Part shown: one piece after another, positions 43,548-52,054 of the stretch
Numbering within the stretch: the first letter of the stretch is position 1
Layout of the letters: each line of letters starts with the position of its first letter
From: Hyaloraphidium curvatum SAG 235-1
Lineage: Eukaryota; Fungi; Monoblepharomycota
Direction: 5' to 3'
NCBI GenBank assembly: GCA_025558095.1
Contig: JAIVFI010000007.1
Location: 372,001 to 436,000, forward strand
DNA length: 64,000 nucleotides
Notes under the pieces: generated by a model
What the model was told of the DNA's origin: nothing
What the model saw: only the letters and a program-made list of their open reading frames with translations
Database searches by the model: none
Made by a program: the position numbers and the translations under genes

Positions 43548-45542
43548 ATGAGCTGGGGGCCCGGCGGCCCGTACGTGCCCGGCGGCTACGCGCCTTCGGG
43601 GGCGTACGCGTCCGCGGCGGGCGGCTACGGCGGCGGCGGCTACGGGGCGCCCGCGGGGTTCGCCCCTCCCGCGCCGCCCGACCCGATGGGGTCGTTCCTG
43701 CCGCGCCACGTGCGGCCGCCGCCCATCGGGTACGGCCAGCTGCCGCCGCCGAGCTCGTACGCCCAGTACTTTTACCCGCCGCCGCCGCCGGCCTACCTCG
43801 CGCCGCACGGCGTGCCGCCCAACGCCATCTACGCCGATCTCGCAACGGACGACGCGCGCGCTGGCCGGGGCCGCCGGTCGGCGCCGCACGCCCCCGCTGG
43901 GTACAGGGCCGTGCCGCCGCCGTACGCAGCCGGGCAGGCGAGCGCACCGCTGCCGCAGAAGAGGGCCCGCTCGAGATCGAGATCGCCCCGCGCGCACCGC
44001 GCGCACCGCGCCCGCGAGATGCTCGGCGGCACCGCCCTGCGCGACCCCGATCTCGCGCGCTTCTCGCTGCCGCGCCCGCCCGCTGACCTGTTCGCCGAGG
44101 TGATCGACCGGGACGCCTTCCACGCCGTGGACACCCTGCTCGCCGCCGAGCTGCGGCCCACGACGGAGCGGCTGCGCGACAAGTGGGGCCAGGAGGTGTC
44201 GGTGGCCGCCGGGCTGCTCGAAAGTCGGGGATCCTGGTTTTCGGAGCACGTGCTGGCGGCCGTGCAGCCGGGGCAGCCCATCGCCGGAGCCTCGTTTGCC
44301 GCGGGAGACGTGCGGCTCTACCTCTGGAGCACCAACAAGGCGGCCCTGGTCTCGCCCGCGGAGCTCGTCGGCGCGGCAAAGGTGGCGCTGCGCGGCAGGC
44401 AGCAGCCCGAGGAGGTCCCGCGCGGCGCCCGGCTCTGGATCCGCGTTCGGCACGACGCCGGCCCCGAGCAGAGCCTCGAGGTGGACCTCCCCGACTCCGG
44501 CATCCCCTCGCGCCGCGTCTTCTTCGACCTCACCACCCTGCTCGCCAAGTTCGTCGCTTCCGCGCGCGATCGCTCCGTCGTCCTCTTCGAGATCCGCATT
44601 TCCGCGCCGCACGCGCTGCTCCCGCACGGCGCCGCCGCGCTGATCGTCGCCCGCCCCAAGCCCGCGGACGACCTGCTCGCCGTCGTCATCCGGCGCACCC
44701 TGCGCGCGCGCGGCCACCAGGTCATCGGCAACCGCACCCTCGAGGAGCTCGAAGCGATCGCGCGGGACCGCCTCCCCACCGTCGGCCCCGACAACCAGGC
44801 CTCCGCCGGCGACGCCTCGGACGACGACGAGGTGCTCCTCGCCACGGCCGAGGTGCTCTCCCTCCTGGACCCCATCTCCCTGCTCCCCCTGCGCTACCCC
44901 GGCCGCACGGCGCAGTGCCGGCACCGCGCGTGCTTCGACCTCGCCGCCGTGCTGCAGCAGACGGACCTGCTGAGCGTGCCTGCGGCGTGCCCGATGGTCG
45001 GGTGCGGCGGGAGGCTGGACGGGCTCGCGGGGCTGAGGGCCGACGGGGCGGTGCTCGATTTCCTGCGGAGGCATCCGGGGGAGAGCGAGTGCGTGGTCGG
45101 GGCGGGAGGGGTGCTGGAGCTGCGGAGGAGGGAGCCGGCTGCGGAGGCCGGCAACGCCGAGGCCGAGGTGGTGGTGCTCAGCAGCGACGACGAGGACGAC
45201 GCGCCGAGCCGCTGGCAAGGCAGGGGGAGGGTGCGGGCCGAGGACCTGGTCGCGAGCGACGGCGAGGTCGGATGGCGCGGCAGCGGATCGGACCGGCCGG
45301 CGTCGGAGGACTCCTCGGGGTCGTCGGGCTCGTCGGGATCCTCGGGCTCCTCGAGTTCGTCGGGCTCCGGGTCGTCGCGGTCGCGGTCGCCCGGCAGACG
45401 GCCCCGCCTCGTGCGCAGGCGGCGGTCGACGGAGAGCTCTCGCTCGGGACCGGAGTCGGAGATCATCAGCCCGCCGCCGCGGCGCCCGCCTCCGCGCCGG
45501 ACGGGGCCGATCGAGGTGATCGAGATCGAGGATTCGGACTGA
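43548..45542 (+). CDS. SP-RING (MIZ) zinc-finger protein, Siz/PIAS-like SUMO E3 ligase
   Basis: LSLLDPISLLPLRYPGR..CRHRACFD..CPMVGC; SIM-like VVVLSSDDEDD and IEVIEIEDSD. Confidence 0.82.
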   Translation: MSWGPGGPYVPGGYAPSGAYASAAGGYGGGGYGAPAGFAPPAPPDPMGSFLPRHVRPPPIGYGQLPPPSSYAQYFYPPPPPAYLAPHGVPPNAIYADLATDDARAGRGRRSAPHAPAGYRAVPPPYAAGQASAPLPQKRARSRSRSPRAHRAHRAREMLGGTALRDPDLARFSLPRPPADLFAEVIDRDAFHAVDTLLAAELRPTTERLRDKWGQEVSVAAGLLESRGSWFSEHVLAAVQPGQPIAGASFAAGDVRLYLWSTNKAALVSPAELVGAAKVALRGRQQPEEVPRGARLWIRVRHDAGPEQSLEVDLPDSGIPSRRVFFDLTTLLAKFVASARDRSVVLFEIRISAPHALLPHGAAALIVARPKPADDLLAVVIRRTLRARGHQVIGNRTLEELEAIARDRLPTVGPDNQASAGDASDDDEVLLATAEVLSLLDPISLLPLRYPGRTAQCRHRACFDLAAVLQQTDLLSVPAACPMVGCGGRLDGLAGLRADGAVLDFLRRHPGESECVVGAGGVLELRRREPAAEAGNAEAEVVVLSSDDEDDAPSRWQGRGRVRAEDLVASDGEVGWRGSGSDRPASEDSSGSSGSSGSSGSSSSSGSGSSRSRSPGRRPRLVRRRRSTESSRSGPESEIISPPPRRPPPRRTGPIEVIEIEDSD

Positions 45543-45607
45543 AGCACGGTGCGCGTTTGGTCGTGGAGGTTTGATGCAGTCTTTTCTTTGTGCCCATCGA
45601 CGGGAAT

Positions 45608-46708
45608 TCATGTGATGCTTTCCGATTCGATCTCCTTGATCTGCTTCTGCAGCACCGCGGTCCTCCAGACCCCTAGCAGCGCCGCGTTTCGGCGCATGCA
45701 TGATTCCAGCGCATCCACATCGCGGGCGTCCAGCGCCGCGCACAGGTCCCGCGCGGCCACGCCCGCGGAGCCGGCCTCGAACCGCGGGTACCTCGCCGCA
45801 AGCCCCTCCCGCTTCCGGGACATGGCCACGGGGTCGCCCTGCGCCAGCGCGCACAGGCACAAATCGAGGAGAACGTCCGGCAGGCGGTAAGAAAGCCCCG
45901 CGTCGTCGGCGATCCGCTCCGCGCACGCCTCGAGGCGGGACGCGGCGCCGGCGAATGAGCCCGATTCGGCCGTCAAGTCGGCCAGGGCGAGCGAGACCCC
46001 CGCCGCGCGCGCGTCGCCGGCCTCCTCGAAGCACCGCAGCGCTTCGCCCAGGTGCTCAACCGCTTCGGGAAGTATGCCCTCCTTGCGCTCCATCTGCGCC
46101 AGGTTCTCGAAATGCCTGCCCGCCCGCGCCGCCGTCCTGGCGTCCTCGCGGAAGCACTCGGCGGCGCGGAGCAGCGCCTCCCGCGCCCTCCCCATGTCCT
46201 TGACGTGCTGCAGCGCCTTGCACGCGGCCTCGAAGTTTTCCCCCGCGCCGTGCGCCATCCCGTTGGACCGCAGGAGCGCGGCAGCGTCCAGGTGCGCGCG
46301 GGCGGCGCCGGCAAAGTCCGAGGCGGCCTTGGCTTTCGCCGCCCGCGCGGCCATGCCCTCGGCGACGGCGTCGACCGTCGCGCGGCCCTGCTCCGGGTCC
46401 GTCCCGGGCCCGTTGCGCGTGTGCACGTGGAAGAACAGGCCGAAGATGCCGAGGTATGTCCGGCCGTCGTCCAGCTCATGCAAAGTGAACAGGAGACAGT
46501 CCTGCGTTTTGAATTCGGGCAGGTTGGGTGCTGCCGAGGAGAAGAAACTGGATACGGCGGCAAAGAAGCCCGAGGGCGGCTGCTCGCGGGCCGACGGGGG
46601 CGAGGCCGCGGCGAGCGACTGCAGGAAGGCGCGGAACGACGCGTTGTCCGGCCGCGTCTTGTGCGCCGCGAACAGAAGCAGGACGAAAAGTACATAATGC
46701 AGGAACAT
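45608..46708 (-). CDS. SNAP-like (TPR) helical-repeat protein with N-terminal membrane anchor
   Basis: Hydrophobic N-terminus, KTRPD..F motif, alpha-SNAP-like C-terminal repeats. Confidence 0.55.
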   Translation of the reverse strand: MFLHYVLFVLLLFAAHKTRPDNASFRAFLQSLAAASPPSAREQPPSGFFAAVSSFFSSAAPNLPEFKTQDCLLFTLHELDDGRTYLGIFGLFFHVHTRNGPGTDPEQGRATVDAVAEGMAARAAKAKAASDFAGAARAHLDAAALLRSNGMAHGAGENFEAACKALQHVKDMGRAREALLRAAECFREDARTAARAGRHFENLAQMERKEGILPEAVEHLGEALRCFEEAGDARAAGVSLALADLTAESGSFAGAASRLEACAERIADDAGLSYRLPDVLLDLCLCALAQGDPVAMSRKREGLAARYPRFEAGSAGVAARDLCAALDARDVDALESCMRRNAALLGVWRTAVLQKQIKEIESESIT

Positions 46709-46792
46709 TCCTGCAGCAGCTCCAAAGGGCCGGCGAACCCGGAGATTCGAGCTGCCGACCTACCACGGCCTCGTTCTTCTGAGACGCGGTCT

Positions 46793-46803
46793 CGACCGCC
46801 AGC
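46793..46803 (+). repeat. Target-site duplication, left copy (CGACCGCCAGC)
   Basis: Identical 11-mer at 51693-51703. Confidence 0.85.
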
Positions 46804-46884
46804 GCAAGCTCGGCTCCCCCCAGGCCAAGGCCGCCTCCACGTCAACCGGATCCCTGCTGCCGGCTCCTGGCTCACCGTCCTTGA

Positions 46885-47736
46885 ATGCCTAAAACACCAC
46901 CAAGCAAGTGGCAACGCCGAGTAGTGGGCTGCTCTTCTCGGCGCCGAGCTCGTCCGGATACCTCCCGGGCGCGGTCAGCCCCTCCATCTTTTGCTGTTTT
47001 GCAGTCTTCACCGGTACGCCAACTACCACTATCTACAACGTCTCACCGAGTTCCGAGGCCGTTCGCGGCAGCAGGGGAGACTTCCGACATTGACCCCGCG
47101 TCCCCCGGGGCCCCTCGGCCAAATGCCGTGCCTAGCTTGGCCGAGGGTCACACTCTGCCCACGCCGCCCCGCGGCTCCTCCCGCTTGCCGGCACCAGCGG
47201 GGGGGAAAGGGGCGGCATGCTCGGAAGTATCTCCCTCCTCGTCATCGCAGATCTTGATCGCTGATGCCCCGGCTTCGGCCGCTTCCATGCTCTCGGCGCA
47301 CCCAGGCCATCCTCCGTGGGAAACCCCAGCTGCAACCGCCGTGCCGAGCTTGCAGCTGCCGCCTGCGCCGCCCCGCACAACCCCCGGCACGCCGCCGGCA
47401 CCAACGGCCGGGGGGGGGCAGAGCTCCTCGGAAGTATCCACTCCGACGCGCACCTTGCCTCCTTGGTATGCTCACACGGAGCCCGGTTCGCCGGCGCACC
47501 TCGAATGGCCAGGTTCCGAGCTCCTCGATGACGGCGGCCGTGATGCTATCGGTGACGCGTGGTCGGCGCTTGCGGCCTGGCACAGGGCGGGGGGCGACCT
47601 GACCGAGTCACAGGAGGTTTGGATGCGGACACATGCGCTCGACGATTGGGAGATCTCGTCGGACAAGGCACCGTCCGCGGTAGCTGATCCTGGCGGCGGG
47701 ACACCGGCATCGCCGCCGCCACCGTATTCGCCATGA
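46885..47736 (+). CDS. Retrotransposon upstream ORF (Pro/Ser-rich, 283 aa)
   Basis: Fills the element 5' region; its TGA overlaps the ORF2 ATG (ATGA at 47733-47736). Confidence 0.5.
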   Translation: MPKTPPSKWQRRVVGCSSRRRARPDTSRARSAPPSFAVLQSSPVRQLPLSTTSHRVPRPFAAAGETSDIDPASPGAPRPNAVPSLAEGHTLPTPPRGSSRLPAPAGGKGAACSEVSPSSSSQILIADAPASAASMLSAHPGHPPWETPAATAVPSLQLPPAPPRTTPGTPPAPTAGGGQSSSEVSTPTRTLPPWYAHTEPGSPAHLEWPGSELLDDGGRDAIGDAWSALAAWHRAGGDLTESQEVWMRTHALDDWEISSDKAPSAVADPGGGTPASPPPPYSP

Positions 47737-50700
47737 GCCGCACGCCGCTCCTGCCTTACAGCTGCCACCGCTGCGCGGCAGCTTTCGCCAACATCGGAGC
47801 TCTATCTCATCATCACCAATCTTGCATCGACGGCGATGTGCCGATGGCGGAGGCGCCTGCTGAACCCGGCCTCCATGCGTGCCCGGTTGATGGTTGCCGC
47901 TTCCAGCCAACTCCAAACAAAAACAAACGGGACGGTCATCTTCGGGTCACACGGAGCCCGGAGCACTGGTTGGCGATGCAGCGCCTGTCTGCCGATGCGT
48001 TGCGCGCCATGGGGCTAGCGCGGTGCGGGGGTTGCCGGCGTCCCTACGCCGCAAACGCCTCTGGTGCCGGTGTTTCTGGACAGCACACCTCGTGCAACCC
48101 GGACGCAGCTAACCCGCCACTCGGCGTCTCTTTAGCTTCGCTTCCACCCGATCTCGTCGAGTTCCTCGACCGCGTGCGTGCCGAGCGGGCGGCTGCCACG
48201 GGACGCGCGGAGGGACCGGCGTCACCAGCGGCATCGTCGGCATCTCCCCGTGCTTCGCCACCCGCGCCCGCGCTGATGGCGGCCCTTGCGGCCGCCCGGG
48301 TTGCGGCCGACGCCCCGCAGGACGGCCAGGCGCAACGGGCGGCGCTGGCGGCGGCGGCGGCGGCGGCGCGTGCCGCCCCGGACGGCGGTGATCCCCCAGG
48401 CGGCGACGGCGCGCCGGGCGGCAACGCCGCGGCTGGCGGGCACGGCAACGGCGGTGATCCGGGCGACCCGGGCGACGGTGGTCCACCCGGGGGTCCCGGG
48501 CCTGATCCGCCTCCGGGCGGGGGCGCGGGGGCGCCGCCGCCGGAGCCGCTGAAGCACCGCTACCGGACCACCACCTGGAGCACGCTCGCCTTCCGGGCCA
48601 GCGAGTCTTTCCAACGGGCCTACGAGGACCCGGCGGCACCGGAAACCGACCTGCACCGCACTCTCACCGCCTACCTTGCATTTGGCGGCTACGTCATGTC
48701 GGGGGACTACATGTACGAGCAGAACTACTTCGCCGCCCGTCAGGTCAACCGGGGCGCGCGGCGGGACGGGCTGCGGCCGCTCAACTACCAGCTCTTCAAG
48801 TCCATCGTGCTTGCCGCCTTGAAGGGCGCTCCTGGTGCTGCGTCCGCGGCCCTCTCGGGGGAGGCCGTTCCGGCTGGCTTCACGCCCACGCTTCAGGCGG
48901 AACTGGAGGAGCTGTACCCGGGGCCGCGGGAGGGAGAGCCGCTGTGTCGGCTGTCTCTGCCCCCCAACGCGCCCGCGCCCTGCCCTGCCTACACGGACGC
49001 GGCTTTCCTGGAGGACATCTGGGCCCGGTTGCGCCGGAAGAAGGACGGTGTGGGGGCCGGCATGTCGGGTTTCAGCATGGCCAAACTTTTCATCGTGCAC
49101 AACTGCGAGAACGACGCGACGCGGCGGAAGCTCCGCCCGCTGGCGGCCATGGTGCACGGCGTGTGCACTGGCCGACTCGACACCCCCATGCTCCGGCCGC
49201 TCCTCACGGATCAAATCCTCGTCCCTCTGCTCAAGCCGGAGGGGGGGCTCCGGCCGATTGGCATTATGGAGGGCATCACGCGGCTCGCGGGCTCGTACCT
49301 GGCCGTGCGGCACAAGGCTCTTCTGAGGAAGCTCCAACAGCAGGAGGACCTGGGTCACGGGGTGGACGGGGGCGCGGAGGCGACCGCCCACGCGGTGAAC
49401 GCGTGGCTGGCGGCCTTCCCCGACCACGTCGTCATGAAGGTCGACTCTAGGAACGCCTTCAATACGCTGCGCCGCCTCTTCGCGCGCGAGGTGGTCCGCC
49501 AGGTGCCTCAGCTTATCCCGTACTACAACCTCGTTTACTCGCGCCCTTCCCACGCCTACTTCCGCGACCGGCGCTCGGCGGAGCTCCTTTTCCGGATCAC
49601 CATGTACGAGGGCAACATCCAGGGCGACCCGCTGTCGTCTGCCATCTTCTCCTGCGCCATGAGCCGCATGCTGCGGCCCATCCGCTCTGGGCACCCCGAC
49701 TGCCTCATCCTTGGGTACCTCGACGACCTCACCGTGGTCGGGCCGCTGGACTCGGTCATGGCCGTCCTGGGAGAGGTGCGTGACGGCCTTTCTTCCCTCG
49801 GCATGACCCACCGCCCGGACAAGAGCTACCTGCTTTCGCTCTCGACGAACCCGGCCGTGCTGGAGCGGGTGCGCGCGGCCGGTGCGGCCCACAACATCCG
49901 CGTCGCTGGCTTCCCGCCTCACGAGGCCGACCCCGAGGTGCATGCCACGGCGTCGGCCCCGGGCTCGCCTGACTTCGCTCGCTCGTGCGGCCTCAAGGTG
50001 GTAGGTGCCCCGGTCGGCACCCCTGCCTACGTGGAGTCGTTCCTCGCGGCCAAGATCGACTCCATTGCCGCTCTTCTCGATGACATCGAGCGCGCCGCGC
50101 TCGGCTACGCCATGCCGGCCGACATCCCCTCCCTCCAGGGCCTGTACTCCCTCCTCCGTCTCTGTGTGACCCAGCTCTTCTCGTTTTGGCTCCGCATTCT
50201 CCCCCCCTCGGTTACCCAACCCTTTGCTCGACGTCTTGACAACGCGCTTTTCACCACCTTCTTGCGCTTGCTGGGAGATCGGGCCGAGGATCTGGATCCG
50301 CTGTCGGTGGAGGGTCGGACTGTGCGGGAGCAGGTATTCTTGGGTCTGCACTACTCGGGGATGGGGCTTCTGTCATCGGAGAAGGTGGCCTCGGCGGCTT
50401 ACCTGTCTTCACTCAACCTCACGGCGGGCCCCTTGGACGCCATGCTTGGTCTTCGAACCTCGGCCCGGGGTGTGGGCGTGGAGCACGTGCGGGAACTGGT
50501 TCCCGTCATCGAGGCCCTCCGCCCCGCCTTTGAGCGTGTCGAGGATGACACGGCCGCAGCGTACGCCGAGGCTGCGCGTGCTGGGCAACCGGTGGGCGCC
50601 GCGCCCGCCCGCCGTACGCTCCCTGCGGACGCCAGTTTCTTCGCTCAGCCGGTCTGGCACGGCCTGCAGAGCGACCTTACGCGTCTCGAGGACCAGCGCC

Positions 50701-51644
50701 GCCTCGCGGCTCTGATTGCCTTGCAACCCGACACTTCCGCTGGTCTGGAGCGCCGCAAGCGGCTCGTCCAGGCGCAGGACGGCCTGTCGGCTTTCCTGAC
50801 TGCCTCTCCCGCGCTGCTTGCCAACCACATTCGCAACAACTTTTTCCGCTTACTTGTACGCTTCCGGCTTTGCCTCCCGCTCCTGCACGAGGCCGACTAC
50901 CCTGGTCTTTCCTTGCCCTGCCGGCGGGGCTGCAAGCGATCGGCCATGTCGCTGACGGGGGAGCACGCGTTCTCGGGCTGCTATGGCCGGGATCTCTTCA
51001 GTCCTGGTCACGACGACATTTGCGCGGCCATCCGCGCGGCGCTTCGCTCCATCCCGCTCCTCCGCGTGCACCCCATGCCGCCAAACCTCCTTGCGCATGG
51101 CTACGAGACTGTCACCCCGCCCACGCCTGCGGATGCTGGCCGCCTTGGCGACATTCTCATCACGCACCGCGAAACCCGGAAACGGTGGTTGCTCGAGATC
51201 AAGACCCTCACCTCTATGGCCCATTTGCACACGGGCCTGGTCTTCTCGGTCCCGGGCCACGCAGTCGAACGGCGGGTCGAGGCCGCCAGGAAGGACTACT
51301 CCCGTTTCGTCTTCAACGCCAACTTCTACCCTCTGATCGTGCTTGCTTTTGATTCGTACAGCGCTGTCTCTGCCACTTTCTCGCGCTTCTCCTCGGAGAT
51401 GGGGCGCATCCAGTATCCCGGGATCGTCGGCCGCGATGGGCAGCCCGTGGACCTCGATGGCCTTTACTCTCGTTTTGTGCGGCGCTTCCGCGAACGGATC
51501 GCGGTGGCCTGGGCTCTTGGCGTCGCGGCCCAACTCCAACACTGGCTTCAGCTGTGCACCGAAGCCGCCGCTGTCAACGCTCCGGCCCCCGCGCCGGTCG
51601 CTTTTGGTTTGAATGTAGATGAGGAGCTGATTCTTGGGGCGTAG
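47733..51644 (+). CDS. Zn-finger + reverse transcriptase + restriction-like endonuclease polyprotein
   Basis: N-terminal C2H2/CCHC fingers; RT motifs GGLRPIGI, KVDSRNAFN, GNIQGDPLS, GYLDD, VVGAPVG; CRRGC..H...C knuckle, GHD, LGDI..LEIK nuclease. Confidence 0.95.
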   Translation: MSRTPLLPYSCHRCAAAFANIGALSHHHQSCIDGDVPMAEAPAEPGLHACPVDGCRFQPTPNKNKRDGHLRVTRSPEHWLAMQRLSADALRAMGLARCGGCRRPYAANASGAGVSGQHTSCNPDAANPPLGVSLASLPPDLVEFLDRVRAERAAATGRAEGPASPAASSASPRASPPAPALMAALAAARVAADAPQDGQAQRAALAAAAAAARAAPDGGDPPGGDGAPGGNAAAGGHGNGGDPGDPGDGGPPGGPGPDPPPGGGAGAPPPEPLKHRYRTTTWSTLAFRASESFQRAYEDPAAPETDLHRTLTAYLAFGGYVMSGDYMYEQNYFAARQVNRGARRDGLRPLNYQLFKSIVLAALKGAPGAASAALSGEAVPAGFTPTLQAELEELYPGPREGEPLCRLSLPPNAPAPCPAYTDAAFLEDIWARLRRKKDGVGAGMSGFSMAKLFIVHNCENDATRRKLRPLAAMVHGVCTGRLDTPMLRPLLTDQILVPLLKPEGGLRPIGIMEGITRLAGSYLAVRHKALLRKLQQQEDLGHGVDGGAEATAHAVNAWLAAFPDHVVMKVDSRNAFNTLRRLFAREVVRQVPQLIPYYNLVYSRPSHAYFRDRRSAELLFRITMYEGNIQGDPLSSAIFSCAMSRMLRPIRSGHPDCLILGYLDDLTVVGPLDSVMAVLGEVRDGLSSLGMTHRPDKSYLLSLSTNPAVLERVRAAGAAHNIRVAGFPPHEADPEVHATASAPGSPDFARSCGLKVVGAPVGTPAYVESFLAAKIDSIAALLDDIERAALGYAMPADIPSLQGLYSLLRLCVTQLFSFWLRILPPSVTQPFARRLDNALFTTFLRLLGDRAEDLDPLSVEGRTVREQVFLGLHYSGMGLLSSEKVASAAYLSSLNLTAGPLDAMLGLRTSARGVGVEHVRELVPVIEALRPAFERVEDDTAAAYAEAARAGQPVGAAPARRTLPADASFFAQPVWHGLQSDLTRLEDQRRLAALIALQPDTSAGLERRKRLVQAQDGLSAFLTASPALLANHIRNNFFRLLVRFRLCLPLLHEADYPGLSLPCRRGCKRSAMSLTGEHAFSGCYGRDLFSPGHDDICAAIRAALRSIPLLRVHPMPPNLLAHGYETVTPPTPADAGRLGDILITHRETRKRWLLEIKTLTSMAHLHTGLVFSVPGHAVERRVEAARKDYSRFVFNANFYPLIVLAFDSYSAVSATFSRFSSEMGRIQYPGIVGRDGQPVDLDGLYSRFVRRFRERIAVAWALGVAAQLQHWLQLCTEAAAVNAPAPAPVAFGLNVDEELILGA

Positions 51645-51692
51645 GGGGATTTCTAAGTGTACGGTGGGATTGCTAGCTCCTCATTACACACA

Positions 51693-51703
51693 CGACCGCC
51701 AGC
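51693..51703 (+). repeat. Target-site duplication, right copy (CGACCGCCAGC)
   Basis: Directly follows the (CA)n tail; identical to 46793-46803. Confidence 0.85.
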
Positions 51704-51744
51704 CGAATCTGGAGGACCTACAGGACGGGGAACTCCATTCGAGC

Positions 51745-52041
51745 ATGCTGCGACGGCCGCCGACGGTGATTGCGCTGAAGCGCGAGGACTTTGAGGAGCT
51801 CGCAAAGATCCGCGCGGCCGAGAAGCGCGCGGCCGCCGGGCTCAAGACGTCGCCCGAGGGCCTGTCGGGCGCGTCGTCGCGCGTGTCGGGCTCGGTGTTC
51901 GGCGACACGCCGCGCACCAGCGCCGGGGGCTCGCCGCAGTCGGCGGACGGCTTCACCGCAGCCGGCATCCGCTCGGACGACGCGGCCCACCAGCGCGCCG
52001 CCGCGCAGTCGGTCGCGCAGAGGATCGGATTGAGGCGCTAG
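51745..52041 (+). CDS. CDC26: APC/C subunit Cdc26
   Basis: Diagnostic N-terminus MLRRPPTVIALKREDFEEL. Confidence 0.8.
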   Translation: MLRRPPTVIALKREDFEELAKIRAAEKRAAAGLKTSPEGLSGASSRVSGSVFGDTPRTSAGGSPQSADGFTAAGIRSDDAAHQRAAAQSVAQRIGLRR

Positions 52042-52054
52042 CAGTCTATTGCTT

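Larger units (their letters stand above)
46804..51692 (+). mobile_element. Non-LTR retrotransposon, RLE-encoding, CRE-like; apparently full length (~4.9 kb)
   Basis: Flanked by CGACCGCCAGC at 46793-46803 and 51693-51703; ends in a TACACACA tail; intronless RT-RLE ORF. Confidence 0.9.

Noticed and set aside
42393-46034. 1,213-aa minus-strand ORF and similar long overlapping ORFs (e.g. 48222-50351, 9501-11090, 5934-7400)
   Set aside because: Antisense shadows of high-GC3 genes; Arg/Gly/Pro-rich and without motifs. Only the last ~65 codons of the 1,213-aa ORF are used, as the methyltransferase's final exon.
46804-46950. HDV-like ribozyme at the retrotransposon 5' end (GCC-TCCACGT resembles P3/L3)
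   Set aside because: The required P3 partner (GGC) is absent; CAA follows. The pseudoknot could not be built by eye.
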